A stretch of DNA of 64,000 bases. It comes from Bilabrum cf. latius (taxonomy: Eukaryota). The notes below the pieces were generated by a model. It did not search any database and was not told where the DNA came from. It saw only the letters and a program-made list of their open reading frames with translations. This document shows positions 61,038 through 64,000 of this stretch, one piece after another. The translations under genes were made by a program, and so were the position numbers. The stretch spans positions 2,294,001-2,358,000 of the forward strand of contig OZ237735.1 of NCBI GenBank assembly GCA_965178125.1, written 5' to 3'. Position 1 is the first letter of the stretch. Every line of letters starts with the position of its first letter.

Positions 61038-63848
61038 ATGTCATCGGCAGCAGCTGGCAGCGGCGCCGGCCCAGCAGCCCGAATGAATCAAGCTTTGCGC
61101 CATGCCCAAGCTGTCTTCTCAGCGTCCAAAGACGACGATGCCCGAGGTGCTTCGGCTGGAGTTCTAAATACAAAGGCGCTTGTCTTAAATGCCTTGCTTC
61201 GCACAGCTGAAGTAGTGTCTGCATCAGGATCCCGCTGCTAGGACGACATAGATTCGGCTTTTCGAAGCGTAGAGGGTGTTAGCAGAGCGGCAGAGATTGT
61301 CCAAGCACGACAGATGCGCTTAGGTTGGAGTGTAGAAGCAAATGCTTCCAGGGCTGGGCTGGTCAATGCGCACGGGCGAGTTTTGCCCGGTACTACGAAC
61401 GGAGCCGGTACTGAGTAGACACAACGGATCCTCACGATTGAAAATCAAAACACGGTTTCCAGCTCTCTCCGTAAGACTGGCACTTCTGCGCATGTGTGTG
61501 CATTGGCGGCGGCTTCGACCTCTCTGTCTGCTGGCGCTACCACGAGCAGCGGCCGGTACTGCCCTGCAGATCGGCAATCGCAGCAGCATGTCTAGGAAGC
61601 AGCTAGCTTCGTCGAGGAAGTACTTGCCATGGAAGCAGATGGCGATGCATCCAACGGCTCCGGCCTGTCATTTTCGGTCGTGCCAAAGCAGCACCGCTCT
61701 GCGGCTGCTGCCGCCCATGAGGCAGTCGGTGCTACTGGCTCGAAGACACCGAGCCAAAGCTCCGGCTCCAGAGCCGCAGAGGTGCCCCATGTTGACGACG
61801 AGAAACCAGTGACGTCTTCCGATCGCGTTTCTTCATCCCTACCGGTGCCTGTGCAGGCCGCGGCAGAGCCCATCGCGCGCCCGAATCGCCCCCACTAGGC
61901 CTAGCAGCAGCAGCAGAAGCGCCAAGTCCCGAGGCTCAAAATCGACCAGACCCAGGTATAGGGAAGTGACCCTAGCTCAAGCCAGAAAATCCCAGCATCT
62001 GCTAGTGCTATAGGCTCTACGGGTGTCCCCCAGGCGCTGGACTCTCCTAGGCAGCAACCCAAGACGCCGAAGGCGAGAGGGCCGAAGGAGTCAAAGCAGG
62101 CCACGCAGCCGGGATCATCCGGAGCGAAAAATCTTCAGCCCAGGCGATCCCCGAAGCAGCCCCCCCTGGACTCCGGGTCGCTGCCCTCGATGGCTGGCGG
62201 GCCCGGCGCCAGCCCCCCTTCCTCCCGCCCGACAGGCAGCACCCACTCGAAGCAGGTGGCCCGCGGGGAAGCCCCCTCTCGGAGGTCGCCGCGCACTAGC
62301 GGCAGCGGAACCACAGCGCGCGGCACCGACCAGAGCCCCGGTTTGGACTCCCCGCGGCAGCCCGGCAAGCCCCGCCGCGCTATCGGCTCCGGATCCAAGG
62401 CGAGTCTGGCTGCCATGGCTGGACAAGCCCTCAGCGGCGAGGAGGCCGCACCGGCGGCAAAATCCGTGCTCAAGGCACCTGCACCAGCACCAGCACCTGC
62501 ACCAGCACCAGCACCAGCACCTGCACCTGCACCTGCACCTGCACCTGCACCTGCACCTGCACCTGCACCTGCACCAGCAACAAGCATGTTTAGTCGCATG
62601 TTTGGCTCATCGCCGGCCCCAGCCCCAGCCCCAGCCCCAGCCCCAGCCCCAGCCCCAGCCCCAGCCCCAGCCCCAGCTTCAGCTTCAGCTTCAGCTGCAC
62701 GCCCAAGACCCAGACCCCAACCAAGGCCTCGCCCGGCGGCAAGCGCACGACCGCGGCCCCGACCCCGTCCCGGGCCAGCCGCAGGTCCTCGTCCCGGCCC
62801 TGCCAGGCCTCGCCCAGGTGCGGGCGGGCCCAGACCAGGCAGGGCCGCGGCGAGGCCGAGACCATCCCCTGCGATGGGAGGCGCTGCCGGCGGTGCCCCC
62901 GGTGGTCTGCTCGCCGAGATCCGTGGAGGTGCCAGGCTCAAGAAGGCCAAGACTGTGGTCAAGGGGAACAAGCTGCCCGGAGAAGGGGGTGCCTCGGGGG
63001 GAAGCAGCAGCGGGGGTGGTGGGGGGGGGCCGCCGGCGGGCGGCATGATGGCCCAGATCCTGGCCGCCCGCCAGAAGATGGCTGGTGGGGGCACCGGGTC
63101 GAGCAAGAGCAGCAAGCCCAAGCGCAAGTCCAAGGCAGGCTCTGGCGTTCTCGGAAGCAGCTCACACACCGGCAGCAGCAGTAGTAGCAGTATTAGCCGC
63201 GCTTCCAAGAAGTCCTCCGGCAAAGCCAGCAAGTCCAAAGGCACGGGCACAGGCAGGGGTTCCAAAGCGGGCGTGAGCGGGTCAAACCCCAAGAAGAGCC
63301 CCAAAAAAGGACCCAAAGCAGGCCCTAGGCAGCCCGTCTCCGTCGCATCGCTGGGAGCAGGTGCCCCCAGGCCGCAGCCCAGGCCAGCACCAGCACCGGC
63401 TGCGGCTGCTAGGGCACAGCCCCGTCCTTAGCCCCAGCCTAGGCCGCAAGCAAGGCCCCGGCCGCAGCCCAGACCCCAAGCAGGAGAGGGCCGCCCGGGG
63501 AGGCCGCGCCCAGGCAGGCCAGGGCCTGGAGCAGGGGCGGGTCCTGGCAGGCCAGGGCCAGGGAGGCCACGTCCGACGGGCGGTCCGTTCGGCGGTGGTG
63601 GGGGTGCCGGGGGTGCCCCCGGTGGTCTGCTCGCCGAGATCCGTGGAGGTGCCCGGCTTAAGAAGGCCAAGACCGTGGTCAAGGGGAACAAGCTGCCCGG
63701 GGCAGGGGGTGCTTCGGGGGGAAGCAGCAGCGGGGGTGGTGGGGGGGGGCCACCGGCGGGCGGCATGATGGCCCAGATCCTGGCCGCCCGCCAAAAGATG
63801 GCTGGTGGGGGCAAGAAGAAGAAGAAGAAAAAGAAAGGCGGCAAGTGA
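61038..63848 (+). CDS. Proline-rich protein with two WH2 (G-actin-binding) motifs and a poly-Lys C-terminus (~936 aa)
   Basis: Single frame interrupted only by TAG (61239, ~61416, ~61593, 61896, 61902, ~61959, 63429); (PA)n and (PR)n tracts; GGLLAEIRGGARLKKAKT twice; ends KKKKKKKKGGK-TGA. Confidence 0.8.
62476..62675. repeat. 6-bp coding microsatellites (GCACC[T/A])n and (GCCCCA)n encoding (AP)n
   Basis: Directly visible hexamer runs at ~62476-62580 and ~62617-62675. Confidence 0.9.
62891..63812. repeat. ~200-bp internal direct repeat (62891-63092 and 63611-63812) carrying the WH2 module
   Basis: Near-identical sequence at offset 720 encoding GAPGGLLAEIRGGARLKKAKTVVKGNKLPG...GGMMAQILAARQKMAGGG. 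Confidence 0.9.
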
Positions 63849-64000
63849 ACGTTTGGGATCCCGTGTTGCGTTGCAGTGTGCATCTCGAGGCCTTGTTTGT
63901 ACTCATCACCGAGCCTCGCGCTGAGCAGCTGCAGTGGTCGCAACAGCCGAGCGTTGCTGTAAACAATTTGCTGCAGTGTGTAACACAGAAGCATTTCGTA

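Noticed and set aside
1-64000. Mass pseudogenisation or sequencing error as the cause of the internal stops
   Set aside because: The interruptions are exclusively TAG, with no frameshifts and no internal TAA/TGA, and they affect essential genes (SMU1, RRP42) whose motifs are intact.

Overview
This is a gene-dense, GC-rich eukaryotic nuclear window with short GT-AG introns (85-124 nt) and very short intergenic spacers. The Ala/Gly-rich proteins look like those of a heterotrophic flagellate, possibly a bicosoecid-type stramenopile, but that is only an impression. The main signal is a non-standard genetic code. The supplied ORF track is fragmented because TAG is a sense codon, most likely Gln, while TGA and (less often) TAA remain stops. 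Reading TAG as Gln joins the fragments into about 19 intact genes, and all 18 whose ends lie in the window stop at TGA or TAA. TAG sits at conserved Gln positions (SMU1 LisH, sulfatase AFSQFPR), inside poly-Q tracts, and alternates with CAG at homologous codons of a 4.2-kb tandem duplication. The genes are: a >2750-aa orphan, an iduronate-2-sulfatase-like enzyme, RRP42, a hypothetical protein, a ~3190-aa pseudokinase, a Nap1/NCKAP1-like giant, a Tudor/EF-hand/NPHP1-like protein, an EcKinase/APH-like kinase, a CXIP4-like protein, a PH-domain protein, two calmodulin-like copies, three C2H2 zinc-finger array genes whose 84-bp repeats vary mainly at DNA-contact residues, a COPI-associated/EF-hand protein, SMU1, a GBP-like GTPase and a WH2 protein. 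There is also a chimeric ORF at the duplication junction. No rRNA, tRNA, CRISPR or recognisable mobile element was seen. All homology calls come from remembered motifs, not database searches.
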